Positions 61,299 through 64,000 of a DNA stretch of 64,000 nt are shown piece after piece. The notes beneath the pieces are model-generated. The model saw only the letters and a program-made list of their open reading frames with translations. It was not told the origin of the DNA and made no database searches. Source of the DNA: Peribolospora baueri (taxonomy: Eukaryota). Each line of letters starts with the position of its first letter. Within the stretch, counting starts at the first letter, position 1. Location: positions 124,001-188,000 of the forward strand of contig JAMDHS010000014.1 of NCBI GenBank assembly GCA_029717555.1. Reading direction: 5' to 3'. The position numbers were made by a program, and so were the translations under genes.

Positions 61299-62557
61299 CT
61301 AGTGGCCGATGGAATTCCTAACCGGGACGTGAGCGGCGGCGGGGTAGTTCTGCTTCGAGGTGAACTTCGTGACCTGCTTTTCCTTGTCCCTATTGGCCGC
61401 GTTGACGGTGGTAGGCTTGAACGAGTCGGGGCCGGTGGGCACGAGCCCCTTTAGAGGTTGGGCAACGCTCTGGACAGGCAGCTTCACGGGCCTGGGGCCA
61501 GGAGAGATGGAGCGCTTCTCCTCGCTCACGGGGAGGGAGCCCTGGTTCGTAAGACCGTGGAGGGGTTGGGAGAGCGCGTTGACAGGATGGGCGGCCGCGC
61601 TGAGGGGCTGGGAGGCCGTGCTGACCGGGTTGGGCCCGGAGTTTAGGGGCTGGGTGACCTTGTTGAGAGGCGTGTTGACCTGTTCGGGGACCGAGCTGAG
61701 GGGTTTGGTGGCCGAGTCCAGGGAGTTTAGGGGCGTGGACACGGACTTGACCGGGTCGCCCATCGACTTGAGCGGTTCCGTCACGGCATTTAAGGGTGGC
61801 GGGAGAGAGCGCTTCGTACTGCCAGAGCCGTTGCCAACGCCTGGGTTTGTTTAAGAACGGAAATGGTCGAAGAAGGGAAGAATGAATGCGTGCCAAACGG
61901 AGGCCCCAACAATCAAAGAGGACTGTGGACGGGGAGGAAAGGTTGACTACATGCGCCCATGCTCACCGTTACCATTGCCGCTTCCCGCGGAGTAGGTGTT
62001 GGAAGCGCCGGCGCCAAAGTAACCTTCTGGGTTCTGGTCAAGGAAACCGACAACCGGAGGGTGAGAGGGATGGCTCGAGGCGGGGGGTGCTCCAGCGGGG
62101 ACCGCTCCAGCGTGGCCCGCATGTGCATGGTCCGCTCCTCCAGGCTTGTTACTGGAAGGATGGTGCGCGCTGTCTGTCATTTGCTGGGGAGCGGAGTCCT
62201 GGACCGAACGAGCGGGAAGAGAGTCGACGTGAGCGCATCATCGCTTTGGGGCTTTCGCAAGCCGGCCATCGTGCGAGTGGCAGCTCACTGGGGCCTTGTG
62301 AGGCTGATCCACGGAGTGACCGGCTGGCGCCCGAGCACCATCGGCTGCGGGAGAAAGGTGGAGGGAAAGCGGAAAGAGAAGAAGACTATAGTCAGAACCA
62401 ACTCGACGGGCACGGGCATAGCGCACTGGACGCTTGGCGTAGGTTCAAACGAACCGGCACGCTCACCTCCATGGAGGGCCGGGGCGGCGGAGGCGACGGC
62501 GGTGACGGCGGCGAGGACGAGGCCAGCGAGAATGGCGGAGCGAGGAGAGAAGTGCAT
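61299..62557 (-). CDS. Secreted protein with KR sites and Pro-led heptad repeats; about 4 exons
   Basis: Signal peptide MHFSPRSAILAGLVLAAVTAVASA; GTGAGC...CAG introns; His/Pro-rich pro-region; KR|SLPPPLNAVTE PLKSMGD PVKSVST PLNSLDS ... PLHGLTN; second KR|S site. Confidence 0.75.
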
Positions 62558-63337
62558 GGCAAAGGAGAGTGGAGGAAAATGAAGGGATGGTAATCCAAGA
62601 GAACTACGATAGAAAGGAGAGCAAGTGAGGATGAGGTGGAAGGAAGGGAAGAGGACGAGTTGACAAGAACCGACCGCTTTTTAAACGTTTCTAGGCGCGC
62701 TCCGCCCGCCTTCCCCCACACCGCGCAAGCCTCACCGAAGCCGAAGTCGAAGTCGAAGCGGCCATAGACGTTGAACCGATGGCGCGTCCTGCTAGTCGAA
62801 GCGCCAAAATGTCGCGTCCAGTTAGAGAAGGCGCGAGTAGAGGTCAACGGCATATCTAGAGGAGTAGACGCTTTGGTGGCGGTTCAATGACCATAGTTCG
62901 AGTGGCGCTGACTCCTGACAAGGTCGTCCTCCGCCGCTCTATCTTCGCTTTCTCTGGGCCTCGGGATGCTTTCTAGCTGTTCTAGTATCGGTATGGGGCC
63001 AAACAGGGGGGGAAAAAATAAGCAGCGGAGCGTCCAACTTGTCTTCATATCGTTCTGCGGCAAAGAGAGTCTCGGACAATGAGAAGGGCAAGAAAGAGGT
63101 GACCGCGTCTAGTCGAGTCACCGTACGAAGTCAACGTCAGTTCGCCCACGGAAGGGGTCCCGAGAGCGCATCGTCGATGCAAGCCCATGTGCAGCAGTTC
63201 TCGTCGGGAGGCTCCACCAAGGCGTCCAGACTGACAGGGGCGAGGAGATTGAAGAAGAAGATTCGTGTGCGCCTGAGACTTGGGGGAAGGAACCACGACG
63301 GACGGCCGAGTCGCGTTGCATCGCGTCATTGCTGCTT

Positions 63338-63355
63338 CACGTGACATGTCACGTG
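63338..63355. promoter_or_regulatory. Perfect 18-bp palindrome of two E-boxes (CACGTGACATGTCACGTG)
   Basis: Read directly from the sequence; further TGAC(A) motifs at 63360-63430; about 780 bp upstream of the minus-strand secreted heptad-repeat gene. Confidence 0.5.
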
Positions 63356-63489
63356 GTAGCGCATGTCAGACGTCACCGTTGTCCGAGGGTACGGCCGCGG
63401 CACGACACGGCCGTGACATTGACATGGCAATTTAAGGGACATGCCCGCCTCGGCGGAGGGCGTTGCATGGCACATCAGTACGATGATCC

Positions 63490-64000
63490 GTCAACACCTT
63501 CGCGACCGTGGAGTAGCACACGGACAAATGTAACCATGTGACTTGGTGTCCCACGTCCGAACTCGGAACCCGTTCGTCTCCGTGATCTCGGGCCGCTTCG
63601 ACGAAATTGGACGATCGGTTTGAAGCGCGCGCACGACATAGTGGTGCAAGGAGGGAGGGACACCCGGCAGGCACTCCAGCCTAGCCGTTTGCGCTGCGCG
63701 GCCAGGGGTTACGACGGGAGGATACGAGACGGGTCGTGCCGGAGAAGAAGTGGAGCGCGACGTGATGGGGGGGAATGAGATGGGCTTCGTACGCGCGGGC
63801 GCGTCGCGAAGGCCGCCGCCGAAGGAACCTCACCGACTTGTGAAAGTACACCACGCCCATGCCCAACAGCGTGGCCAGTCCGGGGGTACAGATATGAGAG
63901 TCGAGACGAATGAGGAGAACGCTCGTGTCCGACTGCCATCGACGCACGACGACGTTGTACTGCTTGGGAACGCCCTCGCCCTCCTCGTCCACGCCTTGGC
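63490..64000 (-). CDS. Possible 3' end of an unidentified gene that starts beyond the window
   Basis: Open frame from the window edge (..PKQYNVVVRRWQSDTSVLLIRLDSHICTPG..) followed by a GTGAGG donor at ~63833; the last exon is uncertain. Confidence 0.3.

Overview
Gene-dense, intron-rich, GC-rich fungal DNA. A basidiomycete yeast is likely, inferred from GTGAGY/GTGCGT donors, short introns and a fungal Cet1-type capping triphosphatase. About 20 protein-coding loci can be reconstructed by splicing across the ORF track. Most are housekeeping genes: a SIKE/FGFR1OP2-like coiled coil, a CSC1/OSCA channel, SNX4, TBCE, an Ies4-like protein, a GNAT, VMA6, GDB1, SEN1, CET1, an ACOT13-like thioesterase, a GH51 arabinofuranosidase, FMC1, SNF7, ORC2 and NDUFAF6. 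The unusual content is: (1) a LanC-like (LANCL) gene with intact Zn-ligand motifs, divergent from an intronless gene for a secreted multi-core repeat precursor whose Arg residues sit almost only at repeat boundaries, which is a candidate peptide-maturation locus or a repellent/amyloid-type peptide system; (2) two further secreted, Kex2-site-bearing Gly-rich or heptad-repeat proteins; (3) a ~1.3 kb degenerate inverted repeat of a decayed coiled-coil ORF just behind a truncated F-box ORF; (4) a candidate box C/D snoRNA, recurring TCACGTG E-box clusters, two GC-AG introns and an in-frame intron directly after a start codon. Exon boundaries were read by eye and family calls rest on recognised motifs; no database search was run.
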